Counted from the stretch's first letter, positions 38,976-52,104 are shown. The stretch: 64,000 bases of DNA from Adineta vaga (GCA_021613535.1 CP075492.1:310001-374000), one strand, 5' to 3'. Made by a program: numbers and translations. Notes: generated by a model not told the origin, from the letters alone.

Positions 38976-39669
38976 TGTAATTGATGCAATCACCACAACC
39001 ACACAACTTTTTCAGATTTCAGGACGATGCTTCCCACAACCACCCACAGATTGATGAGCTATGTTCTTAGAGACCTAAACTCACCTATTTTGATCGCGTC
39101 CTAACGAAAATAGACCGTCCATAAACATTCCAAAATCACCCCATCCAACACAACCACCCAGAATCTCTCTTATAGTCCTTACAAACGTCGGTGTGGGTGC
39201 CTACAACCACTCACAGAATTGCAAAATCTGCATTCTTGCAAGCACAAGTAGTATCCTCCCATCGAGTAGTAAGGAACTGAGTGAGCATCGGGGTGGGATT
39301 CATGTGGGTCTCAATTTAATGCGGGTGGGTGTGGATATCACGGAAGCGAATACGGAAGCCCTTGTCCACTTTGGCGTATTAAATTGAGACCCATATGAAT
39401 CCCACCCAGATGCTCACTCAGTTCCTTACTACTCGATGAGAGGATACTACTTGTGCTTGCAGGAATGCAGATTTTGCAATTCTGTGGGTGGTTGTGTTGG
39501 ATGGGGTGATTTTGGAATGTTTATGGACGGTCTATTTTCGTTAGGACGCGATCAAAATAGGTGAGTGTCGGTCTCTAAGAACATAGCTCATCAATCTGTG
39601 GGTGGTTGTGGGAAGCATCGTCCTGAAATCTGAAAAAGTTGGGTGGTTGTGGTGATTGCATCAATTACA
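38976..39669. mobile_element. Foldback/palindromic element (~690 bp)
   Basis: Arms 38976-39320 and 39378-39669 are near-perfect reverse complements around a 57-nt loop. The left arm has a ~50-bp insertion. A CACAACCACCCACAGA motif recurs internally. No clear TSD. Confidence 0.75.
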
Positions 39670-39998
39670 AGTGCCCCTTTCTTTATGACGCTTTAATCAC
39701 GTATGGTACAATGAAAATCAGCGAAGTAATTGGAAAGAAAGAAGGGAAGAAAATGACGATACCTATGATTCATCATATCGTCATGTTCTAATAAGTATGG
39801 ATATTTTCTGTTTCAGAAGGATGAATTTACAACTTGCATATTTCTGTCGACACAATTGAAAGACGTATACTAGCTGTAGAACACACGAGAAATAATCTAT
39901 ACAATTGACATGGATCTTCAACAGACCATAAGTCCTGTCATTCCTGCAACAGCTTCATCAAATACACAATTCTAGATCCTCGAGATGCCGAAAAGTAT

Positions 39999-40327
39999 AT
40001 GAAAATGGCTCAAGGCGAGCCTCATTTTCTTAAACTCATACACGAAACATTTACAGTTACTCACACGTTTACGAAAGGTTTGACACCAAGTGAGCTTCAC
40101 ATTTTGATATCACGAGCTACTCCAATTGCTAAGCAAAGACTTCTTCAACAAGTTCGACTGCTAAGTGATGGGCACGATGGACAGGCGATATTGTTGGCCT
40201 CAATCGAATTAGATCATAAGATGAGCAACTCGTGGGTTGTTCGTGCTGAATTTAAGAATGGAAAATTTGATTTACTTTCTGTTTTTGCAACACAAATTAA
40301 AGAGCTTAATGAAGCCAAGGTAGCAGC
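39999..40327 (+). CDS. Hypothetical protein fragment running into a telomere-like tract
   Basis: Protein-like composition up to ...NEAKVAA, then a low-complexity GVDVGVG translation of the repeat. No recognisable family. Confidence 0.3.
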
Positions 40328-40426
40328 GTGTGGTGTGGATGTGGGTGTGGGGTGGGTGTGGTTGTGGGGTGGGTGGAGGTGGGTGTGGATGTATAATCAT
40401 TTTCTCTCACACACCCACACCCACCC
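40328..40426. repeat. Inverted telomere-like unit (degenerate TGTGGG tract, spacer, CCCACA tract)
   Basis: GTGTGGTGTGGATGTGGGTGTGGGG...GTGGGTGTGGATGT, an AT-rich spacer, then CACACACCCACACCCACCC. Confidence 0.7.
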
Positions 40427-41797
40427 TAATGTAAGATCATGTCGAATTTTTTTTTTCTATACCGTCAGAAACCGAGGGCTTTCGAAAAAACTGTTATCAT
40501 TGGGATTTTTGAATACAGAAAATCAATTTCAATAACGCTTACCAAAATGGAATAATGAAAATATTAATACAATGATTATTATTATGGATTTTGTTGTTTC
40601 TCGTTTGCTTTTAACTCTATTTGCTTTAGCTTTAAAAATCAAGAATAAAAATATATATGATTGTGTAAGGAAAAAACAGATGGATCATTTTACATCGATT
40701 TATTTATTATACTTCTGCTGCACCAAAACCGACTAATTTCTTTGGCGCAATTTGTTCGTCATTCTGTGAAGCATAAGCACATGTATATTCACCTCGGTTT
40801 ATATCAGATACCTGGCATAGAAAACATGATTACTCGTAGTGATTTTTTAATTCATTATAGTATGAATCCTGTTGTGTTTCAGTGTCGCTCCAAGCATACA
40901 AAGTAAAATGTTCTTTAATGGTTCTTTTTGTGGAAATCGAATTTCTATTGTTGAAAGAAAGTTTTCTAGAAACCCTCCAAAGATTCGATGAAGGTCCCAA
41001 CAATACTCCTGTTAGATTTCCCATCAGTTTTTACCTATGCAAACAAATTTTCATGTAGTTTCAATGAAAAATAAGCATTTTATCAAGAGATGACTTCCCC
41101 GTTTTTTTATACTCTCAATAAAAACGAGTTTTCTCTACAAAGGAAAGAAAAGGAAAAAAGAATACGGAGTTTCATGGATAACGGTATGATGGATCAAATG
41201 AGATAAAATATTTGACTATATTATTTACGTGAAAAACTTGATACATTTATAAAATCAACCTATAAACGATGCAGTTGATACGAGTCGAAGCGTCATCATC
41301 AATTAACTTTGAGTTCGAGAATCAATCTAATACTTGGTCTAGACTCAATTTTACATGCTAAATCCGAAAAGAAAAATGTTTGAAGATGAACAATATAGAA
41401 TAAAACAGACTTTTCTCGAGTATTTTGCATTTTTCGACCGGAAGGAACCATTCAGTAAGGTTAAAAACTAAATATCGGCGATCAGCACCTCAGACTCTAC
41501 GAAATGATGTAAAAAAAAATGTTTACTCGATTTTTGCATTGCCGGCACCTTAAAAATCATGTATGACATTTATGATCATCTGGTCATCATTGCATTTTTA
41601 GTGTTTCTTGAATCAGAAGAACCTCAACTTTTATTTATTTATAATCACACAAACAACATCAAATGATATATTTGATTTTCTCATAAATAAAGCAATTATT
41701 GTTACTCCTCGTATAATGTTCAATATAGTATGGTATTTGTTTGAGTCATTTGTCATTCAGATGTTTACCAAGCAGTTCTTGCTATTGCAATAGTTCA

Positions 41798-42733
41798 TCA
41801 GTTTCTTAAACGATTTCTTGCTATTATAATGGAAGCAATAGCGTTTCTTTGTCGTCGATTCAACCGAATAATCATTCGTATTTTCGATCGAAGTTCAGCT
41901 AATGCAGCCATCGATACAAAAGGAATAAATAATGTTACAAAGTAAGAGAAAAATAAAGTAACTAAGAAGAAATCCGTACTCACATCACGTGATAAACCAG
42001 CTGTATAAGCCGTATATAAAATTATAAATGGAAAGAAGAAAATAAAATAAAGAGCAGATAACACTAGTAATTGAAATAGCATCTTGCTGTAATTTCTCCA
42101 TTGAAATTGTTGACCCATTCGATATTTGCTATACCAAACACGTCCAATGAGTAATAAACTGAAAATGACAATCACAAAACCTGGTGTAATTAAGTCAACT
42201 ATACTATCCCACATAGCCAATGTTGGATAAATATGTGGACAATAATAAAGTCCGCATATTGTTAGGCTATAATCGTAAGGAACTTCACATGGTAACACCA
42301 AAAACATAAAAGTATAAAAAATAGATGGATAAATACTACAGAGAATCAATGGGAAATAATGAAAAACAAAACATTTGAATGGTGTTGAAGTTAAACTCTG
42401 ATGAAAAATGAGAATATGTCGTTCAATTGATGCCCAAGCCATGAGAATTGTTATTGATGGAGGTAACGTATAATCTATCCATACCCATATGAGACAAAAT
42501 GTGGGTGATGATACTAACGCTGTATGAGTACGATAGTAGTGCATGAACCAGATAAAATCAGTAACCATATAGCAAAGACCGAAACAATGAATGAGAATAA
42601 TAACATGATTGTGAAGACCTTTCCGTAGTGTTCGATCCATGAGAAAATAATACAGATTGAAAACATAACATACAATCGATGGAATTCCAAAGCTTAAGAG
42701 AAGCCAAAAGGAAACAATATTTGGTATTGCCAT
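41798..42733 (-). CDS. Rhodopsin-like (class A) G-protein-coupled receptor, single exon
   Basis: 311 aa with seven hydrophobic segments. TM3 ends in WASIERH (DRY-equivalent), and there is a Cys at the start of TM3. Confidence 0.85.
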   Translation of the reverse strand: MAIPNIVSFWLLLSFGIPSIVCYVFNLYYFLMDRTLRKGLHNHVIILIHCFGLCYMVTDFIWFMHYYRTHTALVSSPTFCLIWVWIDYTLPPSITILMAWASIERHILIFHQSLTSTPFKCFVFHYFPLILCSIYPSIFYTFMFLVLPCEVPYDYSLTICGLYYCPHIYPTLAMWDSIVDLITPGFVIVIFSLLLIGRVWYSKYRMGQQFQWRNYSKMLFQLLVLSALYFIFFFPFIILYTAYTAGLSRDVSTDFFLVTLFFSYFVTLFIPFVSMAALAELRSKIRMIIRLNRRQRNAIASIIIARNRLRN

Positions 42734-42835
42734 ATTGATAGTCGATATTTTGTGATGGCTAAATAAAATAAACAGTTACTTATGATATATTTACAAGAAC
42801 GAACAGATAAACTCGATGTTGCAGTGCAAGAACTA

Positions 42836-43720
42836 TAGGGCTTGTCCACGCAACGCGACACTTGGCTGATCAAGTTTTGAAAAAACGTTTTTTCGAATTC
42901 CATTTATTCGAATAGATTTTTCGATGCACTTTTTTACGCTGATTACGAATCCGCCATTCATTTTGCGAACAAAACACTTTTTGTTGTAAGAAATCCAGTT
43001 TTAAACTTTTGAAAAACCGTATTTTGAAACTTTTGAGGTAAAAAATTTTTCAGAATTATTCAGAAAGGATACCTTTCGACGCAGAATTTCATTCTCTACA
43101 AAATGGTGTGTTTACTTTTCATTTTTGTAGTTATAGGTAATCCATAGACTGTCACACATTTTTCGACTTGCGGCTCGGTTTAGGAGCTTCCACATTGATG
43201 TATCAATCTGAGTTTCTAGTAGCATGCTGGTCTACACTGAAGGAACAGCATCTTAAAATATGAGATCATTGTGAGCATTTTAAGTGCCTCAAAATTGGTC
43301 AACAAAAAAGTGTGTCACAACGTTACGAAAAATGTCACAGCGTTACATTTGTTTTTTGCATTTTTTATTCGATGGAGAGGGCAGAAAAGAAAATCTTTTT
43401 TACCATCAGGAAGCTCGTCGAAAGCTCTACAACTTTTGTCCTCACAGTCTTTCGATTCTGAAGTGTCTTGCGCTGGAAATGCTAAAGAAAGGTGGATTAC
43501 TCGATACTGAGGGTCCTTTTATGTCACAGTGTTACGCGGTCTTAAATTCTTGATAGATAATCGATGACTAAACCAAATACACCCATTCTTGTATCCCTTG
43601 TAGAGGAAACCGAGCTTCATCGAATGCCGTTTGAACAAGCCTTCCAACTGTTTTCGTTCAAGAGATAATAAAGAAACAATATGTGAAAAATGTCACATCG
43701 TTACGTTTGGACAAGCCCTA
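42836..43720. mobile_element. Non-autonomous TIR element (885 bp) about 100 bp upstream of the GPCR start
   Basis: 13-bp perfect TIR TAGGGCTTGTCCA / TGGACAAGCCCTA with a degenerate extension, flanked by TA on both sides. Internal TGTCACA.CGTTAC repeats. Superfamily not resolved. Confidence 0.7.
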
Positions 43721-45418
43721 TAATCAAACACTCCATACAGATCTGAATAAGTCGAAAAATTTGAAGTATTTTCTATTTTCCCAACACTTTTTCTGATATT
43801 GAATCATCATGGGATATATTTCGAGTATGTGAGTACAAGAATGATTTATTTGATTGACTTCTATGGAGAAATCTTCCTGTGAAAACGGAACTAAATATTT
43901 TATCTGTTATTGTTCAGAACAGAAATGTTAAATGCTTAAAAGCTTTTCTATGTTGCTAGATTTTTATTTGACTAATGAATGAATATAGACAGCTTTTTTC
44001 TCATCCAACTGAAAAAATCACTGCTATTAAGTTGTTTGAAACAAATTTTTATAACATCAAAGAGATCGTTCATGCAATCGTTAACTCATCTTCGTAATAT
44101 AAAAGGCTGCGCAACTAAGACGTCTTACTTTTGAAAACCTTGTAATCATGTCTGCCGTATCTTTGATGTGTGCTCAGTAATTCTCTCATTAATTCTTCAG
44201 ATAGAGAAGCATTAAACAGGTCACGTTTCAACGATTTCAAAAGGCATTTCTTTCCATAAAATGGATAGAAAAAAGCTCTTTTATTTTTTCTCATTTTGTC
44301 TTTTGTGATGACGTTCTTGTCGTCTGTATGCTATTTATTCAGTTGAATAGCATGTGAAAAAAAAGTCTTGATCGTAATTCAACTACAATAATAAATATGA
44401 GGTTATGTGTACTTGACCCATTTTTGATCGAGAAAGTTTAATACATCACCTTTACCTTTAACAATAATTTATCACATTTTGTATCCTTTTAAATAACAAA
44501 CATGACTTTGAAATAGGCATTGCCTAGTCGAAATGCAGACCGATTAAGTGGTGAGAACGTCTTGTGCGTAAAGAGATTGGGAAAAAACGTTAAATGTATT
44601 TTTTCTTGCAGTGTTTCAACAACGAGTTATTTGTGTGTTGCACTGCTTCATTCACGTTTATGAGCCACATAACATCTACTATAATCTAAGTAAGGCAATG
44701 TACATGAAGTATAGATTGTATGTAAGTTAAACAGAGATCTAAATAAGATATTAGATAGTTTGATGGAAATGCCTCGAACATAAAGTAAAATAGAGACAAA
44801 TGGTATACGAACACTAACGATAAGAGCTATGTTTTGACTTCCAATCGCACGTTCATCATGAAATAATCGAATTAATATAGAGAATAATTTCTTTTTCGTA
44901 GATAAAAACAAGCATACCTGAATGATACATAAATTTGTGAGGGAACAAATTCTGTTATTTCATCCAGAGTATTAACATAAACACGAAAGTATCGAACTTT
45001 CATCTAGTTTATATTCATGAGCAATTGGTACTATTGTATCCATTCAACTGTTGTTATTTGTTGCTGTAGCCAACTTCAATATAAATGTATTTGAAATAGA
45101 AAAAAAATATTTCATCAGACTGATAGTATTTCGTTTATTGTGTATGAAGTAAAAAGAGTGTTACTTCTTTCCCATACTGCGACTATAGTGTTCAGAATAG
45201 AGAGGTTTTACTGTATATACATGTTTTTTTGCTACCTCTACCGTCCGTCATGAAAATAGAGACAGTAAACATCGGAAATTTGAAAATTTAAGAAAAATTT
45301 ATTAGCACAAAAAAGAAAAAATATGATTAAAATATTGGAACTGTTTCTTTCTATTGCAGAACGTTACGGTGATCTTGTAATGTTTCTCAGACGTTCGATG
45401 TTTCTAAAGCAAAATTGA

Positions 45419-45495
45419 GGGTGGGTGTGGGTGTGGGTCTCTTCTCCATTACCACACCCACCTACACCCACACCCACTCACACCCACACCCACCC
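45419..45495. repeat. Inverted telomere-like unit at the 3' end of the disrupted ART gene
   Basis: GGGTGGGTGTGGGTGTGGGT, a 12-nt spacer, then ACCACACCCACCTACACCCACACCCACTCACACCCACACCCACCC. Confidence 0.75.
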
Positions 45496-45535
45496 TAGTT
45501 AAGAATCTCTTGCTCAATTTCTCTCTCATCTGGGC

Positions 45536-47777
45536 GGTGTGCCGTCGTTAGACCGAAAGGACAAAGACCGAATGGACTGATATCGAAAGAAAAAAAGAAG
45601 AAATAGTCGAATAGACAAATGTAGAAGAGAAAAAGGCAGAAAAGAAAAATGACGAAGGAAAAATATCGAATAGGACAAACGTCGAAAATTTCATTGAGTA
45701 TGATATTCTTTATTTTTAAGTTAATAACATACTATGACAGCCTAGACTAGACATAAGTGAAACATAATAGAAAAAAATTCATTTCTTTCGCTGTGCAACT
45801 GTAAATGACAGACCATCTAGATATTCCATAACTGTGATTACACCACCATAATATCGTTCATTTTAATTATTTATACGATGTTGAATAGCAATTGTTTTCG
45901 GTTGTTTTTTTCTCGTACCTAAACCAGCATTGAATTGAGTATACATATGGAAAAAGCGATTCTCCTCTCCTTGAAGGAAATGTATAAATGACCATATGTT
46001 AGGATGATGAATTTGTACTCGTCGATTGAAACGACTGTGGAATGCTAAATCAATAATAGAAGTGTTAGAATATATGGATAGAAAGATAAACCTTCAGCAT
46101 TATTGTTTGTTCGCATGGACAAACCATGGACACACCATTGAGAGACAGGAACCTTTGTAAACCATTGATCTTGAAAGTATTTCAATAAACCATTCATCGT
46201 GTCCCTCATTTGTGGCGACAAATTTCCTAATAATTGATCATATGTATCATCAATAATTGATTCGGGCAGTAGTGGTAGTGCCATTAGTTTCCTACAGAAA
46301 TATTTAATATCATCATCATTGTTGTAAATCGATGCTAATCCTAGTCGTTGTATATTTCTGTACACGGCTTGAGTGTAATGAAAATAACAAGATAAGTATG
46401 TCGCTGTAGGAAACTACATTAAATCAAAAATCGAAATACTTATGTCAAACTTGAGAAGTATAGAATATTCACTTCAGTTTTCACTACACCCACCAAAGCT
46501 GGTTCAAAGTCACTCATCACGACTTTTGGTTTAAATTCCAAATTCATTTCGCCAGCGACAGATTTTAATTCTTGAATCATGAACTGATATGTGGTTTTGA
46601 ATTTGTTCGGTAATAATCCGAATATACATGGAAATGCTAAATAGTAGAATTAATGTTTTTAATAGAAAAGCGAAAGAAAATGTATTTACTCACATTGATC
46701 AAATTTGATACAATGTATTGTGTAGACCTGATCAAATATCCGCGGGCACGTTGAAAAAGTGCCGTCCATAAGAATTGTTTCAGCTGTAAAGAGCATCTTC
46801 AGTTGTTCAGATGATCCAAATAAAATCATCCTCTGTCGTCTTGTAATCATCTTATCAGCAGCCAAGAACACATTGTTTCGCAATGTTTTTGTAAAGAAAT
46901 CAGGTATTTCAAACAATTGAGTTGTTGGAATAACAGGTGTTGCACGACGACGTGCTTTATTAATTGCACTGTCTAGAGAAAATAAAAAGTCTATCTATCG
47001 AAGTACTTTTTATAATAAAATATTCGCTTACTTATTTCACGTTCACTTGGTAAAATGGATATTGCTGCGAGTGACATCATGACCTTTTGACACTCTTCGT
47101 CATATATACGTGGAATAGGTGTTGTTTCTTGAATAGCTCGTTTTTTGACTTTTCCACGAAATTCACGAATAGCTTTTTCTTCACCTGCAGGATGACAATG
47201 TTCATTCTTTTGACGAACAAATTTATTCTGTAGATCAGTATGAATTTTTGCTGGACAACCATTGAATGTACACATCCAATATTTTGTGACATTTGCTTCT
47301 TGGTTCAGCTTGAATATGTATTTATTCAATTCAATCATAGGTTGTGTTTTTTGCGATAGAATAATAGAAATGGTCATTGGTGGTTGATTTTCTATCGTTC
47401 GAGATGAAGATGATGTGGTCATGATCAGAAATTTACAGATATGTCGTGTTGTTATTTTTTATTTAGTTCAGTCGAGATCGAACGTGACGTGTCGTCGTTT
47501 CTACTGGTATCAGTTCCATACCAATAGAATCGTCACATAATATTACAACTGGTAGAGGATTATACTTTATTTTCATTAGAGACATCATGTTCGCATGCAT
47601 CTTTATTTTCGATATTTTTCCTTTCGATATTTCTCTTTCGATATTTTTCTCTTTCGGCGTTAATCTATTCGACATTTAGACATTCTACATTTTTCCCCTT
47701 CTTTTATCTTTTTTCGACTTTTTGCTTTCGATATTAGTCCATTCGGTCTTTGTCCTTTCGGCCTAATGACGGCCAAC
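45536..47777 (-). mobile_element. MULE/MuDR DNA transposon (~2.24 kb)
   Basis: TIRs of ~50 bp (GCCGTCRTTAGRCCGAAAGGACAAAGACCGAATGGACT...). TSD CATCTGGGC at 45527-45535 and 47778-47786 (8 bp if the first C belongs to the TIR). Encodes a MULE transposase. Confidence 0.92.
45779..47422 (-). CDS. FLYWCH-MULE transposase, 5 exons, premature TAA close to the C-terminus
   Basis: Motifs YWMC...CPAKIH...HCH, MDGTF, MSDFE, CYFHYTQA, RTNNNAEAFH and HPNIW. Introns at 47031-46973, 46693-46637, 46472-46414 and 46091-46045. In-frame TAA at 45865-45863, 28 codons before the TGA at 45781-45779. Confidence 0.85.
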
Positions 47778-49261
47778 CATCTGGGCCTCTAGTCCATTGA
47801 ACCAGCCATGTATTTTCCTAAAGCAAATAATTATACAATAGAAAATAAGTATCTAATACATTTCTTACTGATAATCTTTTGACTCCATGTTGTCGGAATA
47901 TCGTACCCATCAATATAATTACTTCGTTTTCACTTTTAACCGCACTGTGCTGTCCAACAAAAGCGTACGGTTTCGGCTCATTGGATTTTGTAGTAATCTC
48001 TATTTGAAATATCACTGACACGTAAGGATGTACTGTTTGTCCATCACCAGCATAGATACGAGCCACTGAACGATCTGTTGTTGTTGACAAAAACAATTTT
48101 GTAATAACTAACTTCCCAATATTCTCTTGCAATTCCTGTAATTTTTCGAAAGCCATTACTTTACCTCGGAACACACAAAGCGTACGTGGGTAATAGGAGC
48201 ATGAAAGTCTTGTAAGACGACTCAGTTGTTCGAACAGATCATAGAGAAAAAAGCGAATTGTAAACATAAGAGTGATGCTTCCACTTTCACAAATCTGATT
48301 TATGATACGAAAAATAAAGGCGGGACGCGTGTACCAGAATATGGCGTGACTTGGTTCGTAAGATTTATCAAATTCTTCGATAATTCCTCTCCAGATAGCA
48401 TTATTGGGAATCGATGCACGACAAAGTGAAAGAAAAGCTGATTTGTTTGTTAGTTGTCTCGGAAGACGAAGCAAAATTTCGTTTAATAGTTGATGATATA
48501 AAAAGCTTTGACTCACAGCATTCAAACAGTGCAGATTAAGTGACCTGTAATGTATTTCTAAGAAACCTGATGGCATCTGCGTATGATAGTGTAGTTTCAT
48601 ATCGTGATCTATTTGATTGCTTAATTGTTCAGCGTCAAGAATGGTCAATTTATGATGATTTCTCATAGGAATTCCATGCTTTCTAAATAAGTAAATACAA
48701 GCAATATGATCAAGCCTCAAGATTTCTTCTAATATATCCGTTCCCAAAGAACCAGAGACCATTAAGAAAGTGGATTTGTCTGAATTTAATCGTAAGTAGT
48801 CAAGACATTCATCGATACAATGAATTTGTTGAATATGATGTGCCATCTGATTAACCCGAGTGAAAACATCTAGCAAGTAATCCTGGCAACTACTCGCGTT
48901 CTCATCAAACCATACAAAGATGATACCATTAAAGATTCTCTTCAGTTCATCGGATTGTCTACCAACAACATCCTCCATGTCTGTATTTGTTTCAGAAGAA
49001 ACCATAAATAATTAAATACTAATGGTAATACGTAAATAATTGAACAAAATGAGACCAAAAAGAATTAAAATATGTTTTGGAAAATACTGTAAACACCAAC
49101 ATTTCAAGTTCTGCTACTGTGACTTTTTCTTTTCCCTAACTTTATGGGTTACTAAAGAAAAGGTTTTGTTGATGCCAGTAAAAGAAAATTTGATTGACAG
49201 AATCAACACGTTTCTTTGGCGATGCGTTTTTTCTTCTTTTGGCTGAAGAAAATTCTTTTAT

Positions 49262-50259
49262 GGAAGTGGCTATGTGCACCCAGGTGTACATAGCCAAATG
49301 GCTATGTGTACCCGGGTGTACATAGTCAAGTGGCTATGTACACCCGAGTACACATAGCCACATGACTATATGCACCCAGCTACATATAATAGACTGGTCA
49401 GCATAAATCAAGCATTATAATAAAATTTGTATACAAAAATCAACTTAATTTAAATAAGGAACAACTATTTTGCAAAAATTTCTAGTATAATCTGTCCAAA
49501 AAGTTTGTTTGTGTGAATGTTTTGTTTTATAAATAATTCGAGAACGCAAACAACTAGAGATCTGCAGGTTTCATCAAATGAAAGAGAGGGAATTATGATA
49601 TCTTTTTCTATGATATTTTGTAAGATGAAAGTTCTTCTGAAATTCATCGTCGCCGAAAAACATGAAAAAAGAATGCATCTAAGTGACTTGTAATCTATGA
49701 TTCAGGATATAATGCGCTTTCTCACCTTTCACAACATTTTCATTGCAATATTTACTTGTTACGATAAAAAATGTGAAAATGTGATGAAATATCAGTCCAA
49801 AACCCTATTATTTGTGTATCCACATACGCGATTTTGTTTGGTCAACGTTACGTCGCAATAAGATAACCATTTGTATTGTATCCTGAATCATAGATTTCAA
49901 ATCTGTCTTTCTAAATCAAAGACTATAATTGAAACTACATGTCGATTACAAGTCACTTAGATGCATTCTTTTTTCATGTTTTTCGGCGATGATAAATTTC
50001 AAAAGAACTTTATCTTACACAATATCATAGAAAAAGATATCATACGTCCCTCTCGTTCATTTGATGAAACCTGCAGATCTCTAGTTGTTTGCGTTCTCGA
50101 ATTATTTATAAAACAAAACATTCACACAAACGAACTTTTTGGACAGATTATACTAATTTTATTATAATGCTTGATTTATGCTGACCATCAGTCTATTATA
50201 TGTAGCTGGGTGCATATAGTCATGTGGCCATGTACACCTGGGTGCATATAGCCACTTCC
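49262..50259. mobile_element. MULE-type foldback non-autonomous element (998 bp)
   Basis: Termini GGAAGTGGCTAT / ATAGCCACTTCC. Perfect 9-bp TSD TTCTTTTAT (49253-49261 and 50260-50268). Arms are inverted over several hundred bp. ~31-bp palindromic subrepeats, three on the left and one on the right. Confidence 0.9.
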
Positions 50260-52104
50260 TTCTTTTATTCCTTTTTCATGACTGTGTAAATAGTATCGAT
50301 AATCTTTTTTGCCAATTCTCGACCAGCGTTATTTATTGTTGGAAGAAACATTTTGTAACTAAAAAATTGAATTTCAGAATAATGAGCAAAGTTCTCCGCT
50401 CGACGCTCGTTAGTAATACGAAATCAATAACTTGAATAATTAATTGAATTATTTATGCAGCAAATCAAAGAACATGAATATCTTGGTGGGCCATAATCAA
50501 ACCCAATACTGCCATTATAAATAGGAGTCCAACTACGTCCAAAAGTAAGGTTTACTCCGATTTCATTACTTCCTTCTAATATATTTTGAATTGGCTGCTG
50601 AGTCACTTCTTAATGTAACATATAATCTCATATTGACTGCACGTATAAATTGTTATGATGTGCTGAATATCAAAGAAAATGAAGATGCATAAAAAAATAT
50701 AGAAAATTATGAAAGATACAAATTTTAAATAACCTTATACATAATTAATTGAATTCCATGAAAGCTTTGTTCATTTCATTGAACTTAATCGACCATTTTA
50801 ACTTTTTTTATGCAATATTTTATTTAACGTATAATGTTAATGGACTTTTATCATTCTATTTTTTTTTTGATTAATGTAATACAAAAGTTCCTGCAATACA
50901 GTAAGTTCAAAAAAACGAACGAAAGCTTGAGTAAAAAGAAAAAAAGAGGAATAGTTGTACATAACACAGAGAACAAGAACAAGAATTTGAATTCAACATT
51001 TCAGTTATAAATTCAATAAAGTCTTCTTTGTAAAATAAAATTTTTTTAATCCAAATTCGAACTGAAGTTTCAACAGAAACCAGCTTATGTCGATGAATTT
51101 CTTAAAAACAAATGAAAATTACATTTTGATATTCACATTTCAATTTCAAGAAAAGGTATGAAGATGTAATATAGTTATCTACAGTCATCTTCAAATTCTC
51201 GAGATAATAAACATCATCCATACTAAACATTCATGATGTTTTTTTCAATTGCAGTGCATCCTATAGATGATACTCCATATTATTCATGACGTGATGAATA
51301 TTGTCATTATGTTCAGATAATGAAAATTTGGTGAATAATTATTATTGTTGTAAAGAATATCATTGAATTTGTTTTCCTTTTGCTTGCCGTTGTTGTTCAA
51401 TTTGTTCTCAAGAAAATTATGAACATAATTATAAATGAATCATCTTCAACTTATTCTTTCTCAAAATCTATGTTTAATCAACAAAATATAGAAGGAATGA
51501 AACTGAAATACTAGAAATCGACATAGAAAAAAGTTACTATTGTTAGTACCTTTGTGACAATTCTCGTATAGTCGTTTTTCTAAAACAATGAATATTACAA
51601 TGCATTATTACACCATAAAAAAATGATGCATTTTTCTCATATCAACAACAAAATCCTTTATGCTAACTCAATAATATCCACGTTTTTTTTATTCACATCC
51701 GCTACACCCCCAAGATAGATTTTTATAACATTACAAAGCTAATTTAACTGATAAATATTTGCATATGTTATTTTTCTCATCTACGTGTTAACTGATTAAC
51801 GGATTTCAAGAGATTAAGATAAAATATGGAAACCAATCATTTTAATAATGAAACATATGTTGTAAAGTTTCGTAAAAGAACTCATTCTCAGTCAGAAATG
51901 AGTCTATGACGAGTTATGTCAAATAGAGAAAATAATGTTCGTGTAGAGATGAAATTATTAATCATCACATGATTGAATAGAATTTATCTGATGTGATTCA
52001 CTATTGGAACGTATGGTTCCCATATACTTTCTTCTTAACCAATAGAATTTTTTTATTTGTATCTCGACGATGATTTCCACACAACTATAAAATAATCTAC
52101 ACTC

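Larger units (their letters stand above)
45496..49005 (-). pseudogene. ADP-ribosyltransferase-domain gene whose second exon is split by the MULE
   Basis: Exon 49005-47869 has FWYT, VFRGK, FLSTT and ENEVI (R-S-E ART motifs). Intron 47868-47818. Removing the MULE and one TSD restores ENTWLVQWTRGPDEREIEQEILN. Confidence 0.8.

Noticed and set aside
38990-39220. CRISPR-like array of CACAACCACCCACAGA motifs
   Set aside because: The repeats are short, degenerate and irregularly spaced, and lie inside a foldback arm. There are no cas genes and the context is eukaryotic.
49465-50167. Two similar short ORFs on opposite strands
   Set aside because: They are mirror translations of the foldback arms.
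50424-51450. Possible degraded gene fragments on the minus strand
   Set aside because: No continuous frame or recognisable family.
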